Origin: Prochlorococcus sp. AG-409-L14 | GTDB lineage: Bacteria > Cyanobacteriota > Cyanobacteriia > PCC-6307 > Cyanobiaceae | Length of the DNA stretch: 64,000 nt | Reading direction: 5' to 3' | NCBI GenBank assembly: GCA_003215545.1 | Contig: QCKF01000002.1 | Location: 14,276 to 78,275, forward strand | Part shown: positions 1 through 9,901 of the stretch, piece after piece | Position numbering within the stretch: position 1 is the stretch's first letter | Layout: every line of letters begins with the position of its first letter | Position numbers and translations under genes: made by a program | The notes under the pieces: generated by a model | The model's database searches: none | Told to the model about the DNA's origin: nothing | What the model saw: the letters and a program-made list of their open reading frames with translations, nothing else

Positions 1-189
1 TACTGATTCATAAGTTTTCACTTCTTCTTTTCTATAGGGCAACCATTCTCTTAGTGCCTCATAGGTAAGCCATCTTCCTATCTCTTTTAATCCTGTGGCA
101 TAGAGTGGGGATGGAGTTGTGGCATTGCGAAGCATCGTTAACCAGTGAGCAATTAGTGGGTGTGGAGGTACCACTACCCTTAAAGTCAT
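1..189 (-). CDS. upp: uracil phosphoribosyltransferase, N-terminal fragment (gene runs off the left edge)
   Basis: Not in the ORF track because there is no stop in the window. The reverse-strand ATG at 189 reads MTLRVVVPPHPLIAHWLTMLRNATTPSPLYATGLKEIGRWLTYEALREWLPYRKEEV. This fits the conserved Upp N-terminus (VPxHPLIxHWLTxLR and ELGRxLxYEA patterns). Confidence 0.7.
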   Translation of the reverse strand, partial: MTLRVVVPPHPLIAHWLTMLRNATTPSPLYATGLKEIGRWLTYEALREWLPYRKEEVKTYESV

Positions 190-268
190 GGACATGATTT
201 ACGGACAGGCTTTTTTTGCCATAACGTGAATAGACAAATTACTGGCTAGTGGCCTTCTTGGGTAAACA

Positions 269-781
269 ATGTTTTCATCACTCTCTTTTTTGCATCGATT
301 CTTTTCACTAGTTCTCTCTTGTCTTTTTTTACTTTTACTAGTCCTTCCAGCTGATGAGGTTTTGGCTAAGAGGCCTCCCGAGACTAGAAATCAAGAAGAA
401 ATTCAGATTTCGAATGATATGCATGGACAAGATTTGAGCGGTTATGAATTTATTAAAGTTGATTTAAGAGGTGTAGACCTGAGTGGATCAAATTTGCGAG
501 GAGCTGTATTTAATAACAGTAAATTGCAAGGGGCTAATTTAAGAGGAGCAGACCTAAAGGATTTATTGGCATATTCAACTGACTTTGAAGAAGCAGACTT
601 GAGAGACGCAATCTTTACTAATGCTTTGCTTATGGAAAGCAGCTTTAGTAATGCTCTTATTGAAGGAACTGACTTTAGTGATGCAATAGTTAATCGAATA
701 CAGCAAAGGAAACTCTGCTCTAGAGCTGAAGGAACTAATACATCCACAGGTATTGATACAGCTTATAGTCTTGGTTGTTGA
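269..781 (+). CDS. pentapeptide-repeat protein with N-terminal signal/lumenal targeting peptide
   Basis: Hydrophobic N-terminus (FFSLVLSCLFLLLLVLPADEVLA). It is followed by tandem A(D/N)LxG-type pentapeptides (DLSGYEF, VDLRGVDLSGSNLRGAVFNNSKLQGANLRGADL). Confidence 0.8.
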   Translation: MFSSLSFLHRFFSLVLSCLFLLLLVLPADEVLAKRPPETRNQEEIQISNDMHGQDLSGYEFIKVDLRGVDLSGSNLRGAVFNNSKLQGANLRGADLKDLLAYSTDFEEADLRDAIFTNALLMESSFSNALIEGTDFSDAIVNRIQQRKLCSRAEGTNTSTGIDTAYSLGC

Positions 782-809
782 TTACTTGTGAATTAATTTA
801 AATTATTTA

Positions 810-1919
810 ATGACTAGAAGACTTCCTGTAACTGTCGTAACTGGCTTTCTAGGGGCTGGTAAAACAACACTTTTACGACATCTATTATCAAATGGATCAC
901 AACGCTTAGCTGTTATGGTCAATGAGTTTGGTGTCATTGGTTTAGATGGTGACTTGATACGAAGTTGTGGATTTTGTTCTGAAGAGGAGTTGGATGGCCG
1001 CATTGTTGAACTTAATAATGGTTGTTTATGTTGCACAGTTCAAGATGATTTCTTGCCAGGAATGGAAAAGTTGCTTTCCTTATCTAATGAATTGGATGGA
1101 ATTATTGTAGAAACTAGTGGTTTGGCTTTACCTAGGCCACTATTACAAGCTATTGATTGGCCTGAGATTAGATCAAAAGTTTATTTAAATGGTGTTGTTA
1201 CGCTGGCTGATGGAGAAGCTCTTTCTTTTGGTAATCCAGTTGGTGATTTATTAGCAATTAAAAAGCAGAGAGAAGATGATAAAAGTCTTGAACATCTTGA
1301 CTCGATTGATGATCTATTTTGTAATCAATTGGAAGCTGCTGATTTGGTTCTTATAAGTAGAGCAGATTGTCTGACAAATAAGGAGATGGATTCAATTAAA
1401 GGAAAATTACAAGAAAAAGTTCGTTCAGGTACTCCTTTGTTACCTATTAGTTTTGGGAATATAGATCCCTCCTTAATACTTGAAATTAATCAATTTGATA
1501 ACCCTTCTCATAAACAATCTAATGATTTAGAGAAAGATTCAACCAACCTAACTCATCTCCATAAGCACGATAACGATCATCATGATGATCATGATCATCA
1601 GCATGTTGAGATTCTTAGCGGGAGTATTCGTCTTGAGATGCCTATTGATAGAGCTTCGCTTGAGGCAATCTTGCCAGAACTAACAGCTCTTAATGAGGTT
1701 GTACGACTTAAAGGGCGTTGTTGGTTGCCTGGAAAACTACTTCCATTGCAAATTCAGATGGTAGGCCCCAGGATTAATACTTGGTTTGAGGAAACCGGCC
1801 AAACAGCATGGAGGCCTGAAACATCAGGTTTGGACCTTATTGTTCTTAGCTTTCGCCCTAATGCAGCTGAGTCAATGGAAAAAGCAATTGAGGCTATTTT
1901 GAGTCCCGAAGATAGATAA
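810..1919 (+). CDS. COG0523 (CobW/P47K/YjiA-type) G3E-family GTPase metallochaperone with internal His-rich tract
   Basis: P-loop GFLGAGKTT, the CxCC metal motif (GCLCCT), a His/Asp-rich linker (HLHKHDNDHHDDHDHQH) and a CobW C-terminal-like domain. Confidence 0.85.
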   Translation: MTRRLPVTVVTGFLGAGKTTLLRHLLSNGSQRLAVMVNEFGVIGLDGDLIRSCGFCSEEELDGRIVELNNGCLCCTVQDDFLPGMEKLLSLSNELDGIIVETSGLALPRPLLQAIDWPEIRSKVYLNGVVTLADGEALSFGNPVGDLLAIKKQREDDKSLEHLDSIDDLFCNQLEAADLVLISRADCLTNKEMDSIKGKLQEKVRSGTPLLPISFGNIDPSLILEINQFDNPSHKQSNDLEKDSTNLTHLHKHDNDHHDDHDHQHVEILSGSIRLEMPIDRASLEAILPELTALNEVVRLKGRCWLPGKLLPLQIQMVGPRINTWFEETGQTAWRPETSGLDLIVLSFRPNAAESMEKAIEAILSPEDR

Positions 1920-2212
1920 TTAATTTTCAATGTGAATTGAAGCCTTTCTAGTTTCTAGAGCCACTTTCCCAAGCATGTTTTTGTTAAGGCTGACTTTTGT
2001 CATTTCTTGATTTGAAATATATGGCAATCATTTGTTGATAGATGACTGATTTTCTTTCTTTTTAAGGACTAACAATAAAAAATTCTGGAAGAATTAGCCT
2101 TTTTATGGGCTACTTGTCAACATTTGACGCAGAATGGTTGTGCTTTTGCAATTTTGAGGCATTTTTTAAGAAATTAAGAAGTTGCCTTTCTTAATTGCTC
2201 CTCTTTCCCAAA

Positions 2213-2407
2213 ATGGATAGAGTCTCTGTGACTTCCTCTCTCTCTCAGGCCAAAATCAGTTTTCAAGCCAAGTCTCAACTTGGCAATTACAGGAAAATTA
2301 TTACTTGCTCTCATTGTGGAGGCAATGGCTACATGAAAACTACACCTAATTGCTATCATACCTGCTTGAATTGTCTGGGAAGGGGTTTTACTTCATCTAC
2401 TAGCTAA
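2213..2407 (+). CDS. small DnaJ-type zinc-finger protein (two CxxCxGxG repeats)
   Basis: CSHCGGNG and CLNCLGRG motifs separated by about 15 residues. The ATG at 2213 is preferred over the TTG at 2195 given in the track. No other domain is present. Confidence 0.45.
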   Translation: MDRVSVTSSLSQAKISFQAKSQLGNYRKIITCSHCGGNGYMKTTPNCYHTCLNCLGRGFTSSTS

Positions 2408-2519
2408 TCCAAAGTATTTTGAAAAATAAAATTTGCTATTAGTATCTCAATTTTCACTTAAATTATAAATGATATTATAATTATTATTTACTCAAGTCAA
2501 TTAATTCCTAAAGAGAAAC

Positions 2520-2777
2520 GTGCCAAATTTTCAAGCCCGAGTATTAGTTAATCTGCGACCCTCTGTTCTAGATCCAGCTGGTGAGGCCGCCAGGTCTGCT
2601 GCAAATCGACTAGGGGTTAAAGGAATTTCAAAACTCAGGATTGGTAAGGCTATTGAGTTAGTTATTGAGGCACCAAATGAACAAGAGGCTCGAAAAAAGG
2701 TTGAGTTACTAAGTGACAGGCTCCTTGCTAACCCTGTCATTGAGGATTGGAACTTTGAAATTCAATCTATTAAATAA
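2520..2777 (+). CDS. purS: phosphoribosylformylglycinamidine synthase subunit PurS
   Basis: An 85-aa protein, RVLVNLRPSVLDPAGEA...IEDWNFEI, typical of PurS. It has a GTG start and lies immediately upstream of purQ. Confidence 0.85.
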   Translation: MPNFQARVLVNLRPSVLDPAGEAARSAANRLGVKGISKLRIGKAIELVIEAPNEQEARKKVELLSDRLLANPVIEDWNFEIQSIK

Positions 2778-2798
2778 TCTCTAACAAATGTTCTAAAC

Positions 2799-3461
2799 AT
2801 GTCAAATACTATTGGTGTTGTAGTTTTTCCTGGATCTAATTGTGATAGGGATGTTGCATGGGCTATAGAAGGTTGTCTTGGATTTAAGGCTCGATATTTA
2901 TGGCATGAATCAACAGATTTAACTGGGTTAGAAGCTGTGATATTACCAGGTGGATTTAGCTACGGAGATTACCTTCGCTGTGGAGCAATTGCTCGCTTTG
3001 CGCCTGTATTAGAGTCTCTACTCAAATTTGTGAACGATGGAGGAAAAGTTTTAGGTATTTGTAATGGGTTTCAAGTTTTAACTGAACTTGGTTTATTGCC
3101 TGGTGCTTTAACACGTAATAGTGGCTTACATTTTATATGTGACTCTGTACCTTTAAGAGTTACAAGTGAACGGACTACTTGGCTTAAGGCTTATAAGATT
3201 GGTGAATTAATTGAATTACCTATAGCTCATGGAGAAGGTAGGTATCAATGCAGCCAAGAAACATTATTCAAACTTCAAGATGAAGACTCAATTGCTTTGA
3301 GGTATTGTGATAATCCCAATGGTTCAATTTATGATATTGCTGGTATTACAAACAAGCAGGGAAATGTTTTTGGATTAATGCCCCATCCAGAGAGAGCTAT
3401 TGATCCGGTATTGGGAGGTTTAGATGGCAAGCTAATACTCAAATCTTTGTTAGGAGTATAG
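2799..3461 (+). CDS. purQ: phosphoribosylformylglycinamidine synthase I, glutaminase subunit PurQ
   Basis: [12 protein letters not shown], nucleophile elbow GICNGFQ and a C-terminal MPHPER motif. Adjacent to purS. Confidence 0.9.
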   Translation: MSNTIGVVVFPGSNCDRDVAWAIEGCLGFKARYLWHESTDLTGLEAVILPGGFSYGDYLRCGAIARFAPVLESLLKFVNDGGKVLGICNGFQVLTELGLLPGALTRNSGLHFICDSVPLRVTSERTTWLKAYKIGELIELPIAHGEGRYQCSQETLFKLQDEDSIALRYCDNPNGSIYDIAGITNKQGNVFGLMPHPERAIDPVLGGLDGKLILKSLLGV

Positions 3462-3471
3462 GATTTTGTAT

Positions 3472-3506
3472 AAAAAAAGGGTGGTTTTTATACCACCCTT
3501 TTTTTT
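3472..3506. terminator. bidirectional rho-independent terminator between convergent purQ and cbbA
   Basis: A7-GGGTGGT-TTTTAT-ACCACCC-T8. A perfect 7-bp GC-rich stem is flanked by an A-run and a T-run, so it can terminate both strands. Confidence 0.7.
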
Positions 3507-3513
3507 AACTTAG

Positions 3514-4587
3514 TCAGGCTTTTATAGCTGTCTTAGGATCTAATTGGCCTTTTGAATAAAGCCCAGCATAGTAATTGATACTTTGTTGTTTGATTTTGCT
3601 CGCTTGCCCAGCACACCAGAACTGTTGGTAACGATCTAAACAAACCTGCTTCATGTATTTACGTGCAGGCTTATTGAAGTGTCTAGGGTCAAAGTTTGTT
3701 GGATCTGCAACTGCAGCTTCTCTTACAGCTGCAGTAAAGGCTAGTCGATTGTCAGTATCAATATTGACTTTCCTAACCCCATTCCTGATACCTTCTTGAA
3801 TTTCTTCAACAGGAACACCATATGTTTCTGGGATTGCTCCCCCATGCTTGTTGATCATGTCAAGCCATTCTTGTGGCACAGAGCTAGAGCCATGCATAAC
3901 AAGATGAGTATTTGGTAGTGCTTTATGTATTTCTGCAATTCTGCTAATTGCAAGAACCTCTCCTGTGGGCTTTCTTGTGAATTTATAAGCTCCGTGACTT
4001 GTTCCAATAGCTATTGCTAATGCGTCGACTTTTGTTTTGGCTACAAAGTCAGCAGCTTCTGCTGGATCCGTTAGGAGCATATCCTTTGAAAGCTCACCTT
4101 CGAAGCCATGTCCATCTTCTGCTTCACCTTTACCTGTCTCTAAAGAACCTAAGCAACCAAGTTCTCCTTCAACACTGACGCCAACTGAATGGGCAAAGTC
4201 CACTACGGTTTTGGTTACATTTACGTTGTATTCGTAACTTGCAGGGGTCTTTGCATCAGCTTCTAATGATCCATCCATCATTACTGAAGTAAATCCATTA
4301 ATTGCTGCTGAGTAGCAAGTAGAAGGTTCATTGCCATGATCCTGGTGCATAACAACTGGAATATTTGGATAAGTCTCTGTAGCGGCAATGATTAGATGAC
4401 GTAGAAAAATTTCTCCTGCATAGCTTCTCGCACCTCTTGATGCTTGAAGTATTACTGGGCTGTCAGTCTCTGAGGCAGCCTCCATAATTGCTTGAACCTG
4501 CTCAAGGTTATTGACGTTGAAGGCTGGTATTCCATAACCATTTTCAGCGGCATGGTCTAGTAGAAGCCTTAGAGGAACAAGGGCCAT
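3514..4587 (-). CDS. cbbA: fructose-1,6-bisphosphate aldolase, class II (Calvin-cycle type)
   Basis: [53 protein letters not shown] and LVMHGSS are all class II FBA signatures. Confidence 0.9.
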   Translation of the reverse strand: MALVPLRLLLDHAAENGYGIPAFNVNNLEQVQAIMEAASETDSPVILQASRGARSYAGEIFLRHLIIAATETYPNIPVVMHQDHGNEPSTCYSAAINGFTSVMMDGSLEADAKTPASYEYNVNVTKTVVDFAHSVGVSVEGELGCLGSLETGKGEAEDGHGFEGELSKDMLLTDPAEAADFVAKTKVDALAIAIGTSHGAYKFTRKPTGEVLAISRIAEIHKALPNTHLVMHGSSSVPQEWLDMINKHGGAIPETYGVPVEEIQEGIRNGVRKVNIDTDNRLAFTAAVREAAVADPTNFDPRHFNKPARKYMKQVCLDRYQQFWCAGQASKIKQQSINYYAGLYSKGQLDPKTAIKA

Positions 4588-4622
4588 GGAGTTCTCCGAA
4601 GTGACAAGATGACCCAGTACTT

Positions 4623-4650
4623 AAAAAAAGACCCGGGCCTAGGGCCCAGG
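4623..4650 (-). terminator. rho-independent terminator downstream of fda
   Basis: The minus strand reads CCTGGGCC-CTA-GGCCCGGG followed by TCTTTTTTT. That is an 8-bp stem with one G-U pair, sitting between fda and cbbA. Confidence 0.55.
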
Positions 4651-4763
4651 ACTGTAAAAGATCGAGGTAAGAAATGTCACCTATCTTTGAAGCATCAATG
4701 GCGTTTTTAAGTCAAAAATTTAGAAATTGAAGGATATAACTACTTTTTTGGTCATTGCTTACG

Positions 4764-5831
4764 TTAATAGGTATAACCGGCTACGAACAATGCTTCATCT
4801 GAAGAAGGCTGTGAGCCTGGAGTATAGAGACCTCTCGAAGCCTCTGAATTAGCTTGCGCCCTTGCTTTGAGTGCTTTTTGGCCTTCGATCAGGTTTTCTC
4901 CTTTCCAAGCTTTTAAGCATGAATGCTGCAAGGCTCTTCCATAGGAGAAAGAGACGTTCCATTTAGCTTTGCGTTCAGTTTTGTTCATTAAGTTCAAGTA
5001 AACCGATGCAGCTTCTTCACTAAGACCCCCTGAGAGAAAAACAATTCCTGGAACACTTGCTGGAACTGAGCGTTCCATCGTTTGAATTGTTATTTTAGCG
5101 ACTTCATCTGGTGTTGACTTTGCTGGGCAATCAGCACCTTGAACAGTCATTGACGGCTTAAGAAGCGTTCCCTCTAGGAGCACTCCATTTGTTTGGCATG
5201 CCATATAAACCTCTTTAATGACTTCCTCCTGAACTGCTGCAGTGCGTTTTATGTCATGTGAGCCATCCATCAGTATTTCAGGCTCGATAATTGGAACTAG
5301 CCCAGACTCTTGGACAGCTCTGGCATATCTCGCTAGCCCCCAAGCATTTTCTTTTACTGAAAGTTTGGATGGGCAGCCAGATTCTGTTATTTGTAAAACA
5401 GCCCGCCATTTTGCAAAGCGTGCTCCTTGTGCGTAGTAGTCAGCAGCTCTTTCTACTAGCCCATCTAGGCCTGAGCAAAGAGTTTCTACATCATTTGCAC
5501 CTGGAAGTGGTCGCAAACCTTTATCGACTTTTATTCCTGGCACTATTCCCAGCTTTTCCAACTTCTTCACCATTGGTTCTCCATCTTGGTGACTTTGAAA
5601 GAGTGTTTCTTCGAATAGAATTGCTCCACTTATGTATTCACCTAAACCACTTGTCGTAAAGAGCATGCCTCTATAAGCCTTCCTGTTCTCTTCAGTATTT
5701 TCTACACCTATAGAAGCCAGTCTTTTCCCAACGGTTTTCGTTGACTCATCTACTGCAAGAATTCCTTTGCCGGGCTGGGCTAAAGCAGAAGCTGTCTTTT
5801 TAAGTTGTTCAGAGTAATAGTGCAGGGTCAT
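4764..5831 (-). CDS. fda: fructose-bisphosphate aldolase, class I
   Basis: GKGILAVDES, ISGAILFEETL, GIKVDKG, LLKPSM (Schiff-base Lys region) and FLSGG, ending in a C-terminal Tyr. Confidence 0.85.
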   Translation of the reverse strand: MTLHYYSEQLKKTASALAQPGKGILAVDESTKTVGKRLASIGVENTEENRKAYRGMLFTTSGLGEYISGAILFEETLFQSHQDGEPMVKKLEKLGIVPGIKVDKGLRPLPGANDVETLCSGLDGLVERAADYYAQGARFAKWRAVLQITESGCPSKLSVKENAWGLARYARAVQESGLVPIIEPEILMDGSHDIKRTAAVQEEVIKEVYMACQTNGVLLEGTLLKPSMTVQGADCPAKSTPDEVAKITIQTMERSVPASVPGIVFLSGGLSEEAASVYLNLMNKTERKAKWNVSFSYGRALQHSCLKAWKGENLIEGQKALKARAQANSEASRGLYTPGSQPSSDEALFVAGYTY

Positions 5832-6003
5832 TTTTATAAGAGAATTCGATCAAGATCTTTTCAGGGCAATCTCCTTATGAATGGCTATTGGTTACTTATT
5901 CCCGTATAAAATTTCACCATTAGGACTTTAAAAAGAAACCCCATCTAGATATTTACTTTTTATCCAGTGTTGGCTTATTGATTTTATTTTGATTTGGCTG
6001 AAA

Positions 6004-7119
6004 CTAAATTCTAATTCTTTGACTAGAAAAATGGGATTCTTTTAATTTATCACATATTACTTGACTATTAAATCCTTCTGCTAGGCCTGGTATTACTGGG
6101 CTATTATTATTAATACTATTTGCCCACCAACTTTGCAATCTAGCAACTGGTGCGATTCGCCCATCCGCCCATATTCTTTCAAAACCAAGATCTGAATCAG
6201 GGGAGACTGGTCTTAGTTTTTCTCCTGCCTTTGCTACCCAAAGATTAAAACCATGTACATAATCTTTTTGATTATCACTTCCTATTAATATCGTCCCTTG
6301 GCTCCCATAAATTTCTATCCAACAGCCACGTCCTTCTCGTGATGTTGAGCTCAAAGTTACCTGAGCAGGCACTAAGCTACCATCATTTTGATTTTTTATT
6401 TGCAATTGAGCTAATGCAATATCTTCACTGTTGACTTCCTTAAATACATCAAAATCATTATTTATAGGGCGAGATTTTATAGAAGTTGATAATAAGCCCG
6501 AAACACTAATTGTTGGCCCAATTAGCCAATTTAAAATGTCAAAAGCATGCGTACCTAAGGCTCCGATAACACCTCCACCAGCTTCAGATTGCGAGTACCA
6601 ATTCCAGTTCCTTTTTGTGTCAGCACGACTGCTCATTATCCAATCAAACTTTATCAACCATGGCTTTCCTATGAAATCTTCAGTAAGAATCCGCTTCGCT
6701 TGCATAAATAAAGGCACTGCTCTGTATTCAAAATCAACGGCAACTGACAAATTATTATTAATAGAAACTCGGTGTAAGTTTTGGATCTCTTCGGAGGTAA
6801 GAGCAACTGGCTTTTCTAAAAGAAGGTGCTTGCCAGCATTAAGTGCTTCCAGAGCCAATTTGTAACGCACATTTGGAGGCGTAGCAATAATAATTCCTTT
6901 GATATTTGGATTTTCAAGAAGTTCTGCCCATTCTTGATACCCTTTTAGATTCTCTTCCTTGCAAGTTCTTTCTAGCCGCTTATAACTTGGATGCCAAATC
7001 GCAACGGGTTTTAGAGTTGTATTTGATCTTGCTGCAGGAAGGTGTACTAGTTCACCAAAACCAAGACCTGCTATTGCAATCTCAATAGATTTTTCTTTAT
7101 CCATTTGATTATTTGTCAA
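6004..7119 (-). CDS. Gfo/Idh/MocA-family NAD(P)-dependent oxidoreductase
   Basis: N-terminal Rossmann segment (IAIAGLGFG) and an EKP motif (LLLEKPVALT), followed by an alpha/beta C-terminal domain. Confidence 0.75.
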   Translation of the reverse strand: MTNNQMDKEKSIEIAIAGLGFGELVHLPAARSNTTLKPVAIWHPSYKRLERTCKEENLKGYQEWAELLENPNIKGIIIATPPNVRYKLALEALNAGKHLLLEKPVALTSEEIQNLHRVSINNNLSVAVDFEYRAVPLFMQAKRILTEDFIGKPWLIKFDWIMSSRADTKRNWNWYSQSEAGGGVIGALGTHAFDILNWLIGPTISVSGLLSTSIKSRPINNDFDVFKEVNSEDIALAQLQIKNQNDGSLVPAQVTLSSTSREGRGCWIEIYGSQGTILIGSDNQKDYVHGFNLWVAKAGEKLRPVSPDSDLGFERIWADGRIAPVARLQSWWANSINNNSPVIPGLAEGFNSQVICDKLKESHFSSQRIRI

Positions 7120-7252
7120 GATAAGATTGTGTAATCAGTGGGTTGATAAGTTCATAATCCATAGGGCATTCCTATTGATCGTATGTCTGAGGATGTTTGC
7201 TCATTGTGATCTCTTTATAAGTTAGCTGCTTGAAATCAATTTTCATTAATTA

Positions 7253-8131
7253 TTACTTATGCTTTTCAATTGACTTGCATCCATGGAGATTTAATAGTGA
7301 TGAAAGTGTTGTTTTAAGTTTTGTTCTGGGTACAATTGTGTCAACAAAGCCATGTTCTTGAAGGTATTCAGCTGTTTGGAAATTCTCTGGCAATTTCTCT
7401 CGTAGTGTTTGTTCAATTACTCTTCTTCCTGCAAAACCAATTAGAGCTTTTGGTTCGGCAAGGATAAGGTCTCCAAGCATTGCAAAGCTAGCTGTGACAC
7501 CTCCTGTTGTTGGATGAGTAAGAAGTGGCATGTATAGAAGTCCTGCTTCTCGATGTCTTTTTAAAGCTCCGGAAATTTTTGCCATTTGCATAAGGCTTAA
7601 CATTCCTTCTTGCATTCGTGCTCCTCCAGAAGCGCAAACAATCAACAATGCAATCTTTTCTGAAGTTGCCCTCTCTATAAGTCTTGTAATCTTTTCACCT
7701 ACCACTGAACCCATAGATCCGCCCATAAAACGGAAGTCCATAACTGCCAGAGCAAGATGAAATGATTCAACTAGGCATAAGCCAGTCACAACCCCATCTT
7801 TCATTCCTGTATTTGCCTGACTTTCTCTTAAACGGTCTGCATAGGCTCTTCGATCTTTAAAGCCCAGAGGATCTGTTGGGCTTAGCTCTATATCCAAAGC
7901 TTGAAAACTTCCAGGATTAGCGATTAGACCAATCCTCTCTTCACTGTTTATTCGATTGTGGTATCCACAGTTGCTACAAACATTTGCGTTTGCCACCAAG
8001 TCTTTTCTGTAGACAACTTGACCACATTCAGGACACTTTCCCCACAGTCCGTCGCCTTCCTCACCCTCTTGGACTACTTTCCCTACGAACTGACCTTTGC
8101 GACGGTCTGCGAACCAATCGAATAACGACAC
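7253..8131 (-). CDS. accD: acetyl-CoA carboxylase carboxyltransferase beta subunit
   Basis: MSLFDWF start, Cys4 zinc ribbon (CPECGQ...CSNCGYH) and [12 protein letters not shown]. Confidence 0.9.
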   Translation of the reverse strand: MSLFDWFADRRKGQFVGKVVQEGEEGDGLWGKCPECGQVVYRKDLVANANVCSNCGYHNRINSEERIGLIANPGSFQALDIELSPTDPLGFKDRRAYADRLRESQANTGMKDGVVTGLCLVESFHLALAVMDFRFMGGSMGSVVGEKITRLIERATSEKIALLIVCASGGARMQEGMLSLMQMAKISGALKRHREAGLLYMPLLTHPTTGGVTASFAMLGDLILAEPKALIGFAGRRVIEQTLREKLPENFQTAEYLQEHGFVDTIVPRTKLKTTLSSLLNLHGCKSIEKHK

Positions 8132-8153
8132 AGGATCAAATGATTTAAGAACA

Positions 8154-8798
8154 TTAATGACCTAGAAGGTTTTGCCATAAATGCCACCACCAGCTAGGTC
8201 CAGTGAGCCAAGCTCCCCATATCCCTATGCTAATGAAAGGTGCAAAGGGAAAAGTTTGCAGTGGTTTTAGTTTTCCACTTATTAGGCCTACTAAGCTTAT
8301 AGCTCCAGCAAATATAAATGAAAGGGCTATCGCAGTTACTACACCTTTAATACCAAGCCAGGCTCCTCCCATTGCAAATAGTTTTGCATCGCCTAGTCCT
8401 AATACTTCCTTCCTAAGGTATTTAAATGAGAGTTTGCTCAAACCTTCCATGCATATTAATGAAAGAAAACATGCTGATAAATATTCAATGAAAGCAGAGT
8501 TACCCTTTTCAATTTCTATAATATAAATAGGAATTAAGTTGACAATAAAACCAATAAAAATTCCTAAATAACAGATTTTTAGAGGTATAACCATCCTTTG
8601 AGCATCTACCATTGAAATGTTTAATAATAGAATAGCTAGAGGTATGCTAGAAGATATAAATCTAAATCTAGAAGTCTCTATTATTCCTGCTGGGATAGTA
8701 AATGCAAAATAAAATGCAATGATGATCCCCAATAAATAATAATAGCTTGTTGTTGAATCTAATGTTTTCCGTACTAACGAGTTTAAGCTATCACTCAT
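8154..8798 (-). CDS. A24-family prepilin peptidase-like membrane protein (peptidase domain only)
   Basis: Polytopic membrane protein carrying the [16 protein letters not shown] active-site motif. No N-terminal methyltransferase domain is evident. Confidence 0.6.
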   Translation of the reverse strand: MSDSLNSLVRKTLDSTTSYYYLLGIIIAFYFAFTIPAGIIETSRFRFISSSIPLAILLLNISMVDAQRMVIPLKICYLGIFIGFIVNLIPIYIIEIEKGNSAFIEYLSACFLSLICMEGLSKLSFKYLRKEVLGLGDAKLFAMGGAWLGIKGVVTAIALSFIFAGAISLVGLISGKLKPLQTFPFAPFISIGIWGAWLTGPSWWWHLWQNLLGH

Positions 8799-8908
8799 TA
8801 TCTAATAAGTTTTATCATGAAGTCCTATGTTTGTCTCAGAAAGAGGTCGACTACCTAAGCCTGGCAAAGCTTGAGAGTTTATAAAAAATATATCTTCTTG
8901 AATTAGTA

Positions 8909-9811
8909 TTATTTTGAATTTTTCTTTTCTTCTATCATTTTATGAATGATAGGTGTAAGAATTAGTTCCATTGCAAAACCCATTTTACCACCATTAACTA
9001 CAATACTTGTTGGACTTGACATGAATGAATCATGAATCATTCCTAAAAGGTAGCTGAAGTCAATTCCCCATTTTTCCCTGGCTCCTTTTCTAAAGTGAAT
9101 GATTACAAAACTTTCATCTGGTGTAGGTATATTTCTGCAGATAAATGGATTCGATGTATCTATAGTAGGTACTCTTTGGAAGTTTATGTCTGTACGGCTA
9201 AATTGAGGACAAATATGGTTTATATAATCTGGCATCCTTCTAAGGATTGTATCTACGATTGTTTCCGCTGAATAACCTCTTTCTGCATTATCTCTATGGA
9301 TTTTTTGTATCCATTCTAGATTAGTTATAGGAACTACTCCTACTAATAGATCTGCAGCAGCAGCTACGTCATATCCATCACCTACCACACCTCCGTGGAG
9401 GCCTTCATAAAACAAAAGGTCAGTTCCACTAGGTATGTCTTCCCATGGAGTGAATTCTCCAGGGGAAAGACTTGTGCCCAACCTCGTGTTGTGTTCTTCT
9501 GCTTCTTCCGGGCTATGTAAGTAATAACGTTTTTGACCACTCCCTGATTTCCCGTATGTTTGGAACAGTTCCTCAAGTTTGTCAAACAGATTTGCTTCAG
9601 GACCAAAGTGGGAGAAATTTTCCCCTTTTGATAAGGCTTCAGCCATTGCTTCTTTCATTGGCAGCCTTTCAAAACGGTGATAGCTATCCCCTTCAACCAC
9701 TGCAGGAACAATGTTCTCGCGGGCAAAGATATGCTCGAAGGCTCTTTTTACGGTACTTGTACCAGCTCCTGAAGAACCAGTAACTGCTACAACAGGGTGA
9801 CGCTTCGACAT
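8909..9811 (-). CDS. prk: phosphoribulokinase
   Basis: VVAVTGSSGAGTST P-loop, EGDSYHRF and EGLHG. Size is typical of cyanobacterial Prk. Confidence 0.9.
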   Translation of the reverse strand: MSKRHPVVAVTGSSGAGTSTVKRAFEHIFARENIVPAVVEGDSYHRFERLPMKEAMAEALSKGENFSHFGPEANLFDKLEELFQTYGKSGSGQKRYYLHSPEEAEEHNTRLGTSLSPGEFTPWEDIPSGTDLLFYEGLHGGVVGDGYDVAAAADLLVGVVPITNLEWIQKIHRDNAERGYSAETIVDTILRRMPDYINHICPQFSRTDINFQRVPTIDTSNPFICRNIPTPDESFVIIHFRKGAREKWGIDFSYLLGMIHDSFMSSPTSIVVNGGKMGFAMELILTPIIHKMIEEKKNSK

Positions 9812-9901
9812 CGACGCTTAATATTCAAGTTCTGCGATTTTGGCAGGTCGCCTGCCCCTAATGTTAAGAAGGTATTAATAGGGAAACTATTTCTGCTTGT
9901 T

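Noticed and set aside
442-747. Many track ORFs of 60-146 aa lie antisense or out of frame inside strongly supported genes. Examples: 442..747, 803..1036, 2174..2359, 2531..2740, 4037..4237, 5242..5436, 5291..5659, 6431..6865, 7530..7760, 8203..8526, 9382..9606, 9472..9783, 10614..10838, 14027..14284, 18985..19425, 33012..33359, 34944..35309, 37556..37903, 38689..39006, 59072..59485, 60031..60345, 63364..63564.
   Set aside because: Each one overlaps a gene with clear family motifs on the other strand or in another frame. Their translations are low-complexity or compositionally odd (Ser/Leu/Pro-rich shadows). I treat them as shadow ORFs.
794-805. Perfect 12-bp palindrome TAATTTAAATTA just upstream of the COG0523 start, considered as a Zur/Fur operator.
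   Set aside because: AT-only palindromes of this length are expected by chance in such AT-rich DNA. It does not match the Fur (GATAATGATAATCATTATC) or cyanobacterial Zur 7-1-7 consensus as I recall them.
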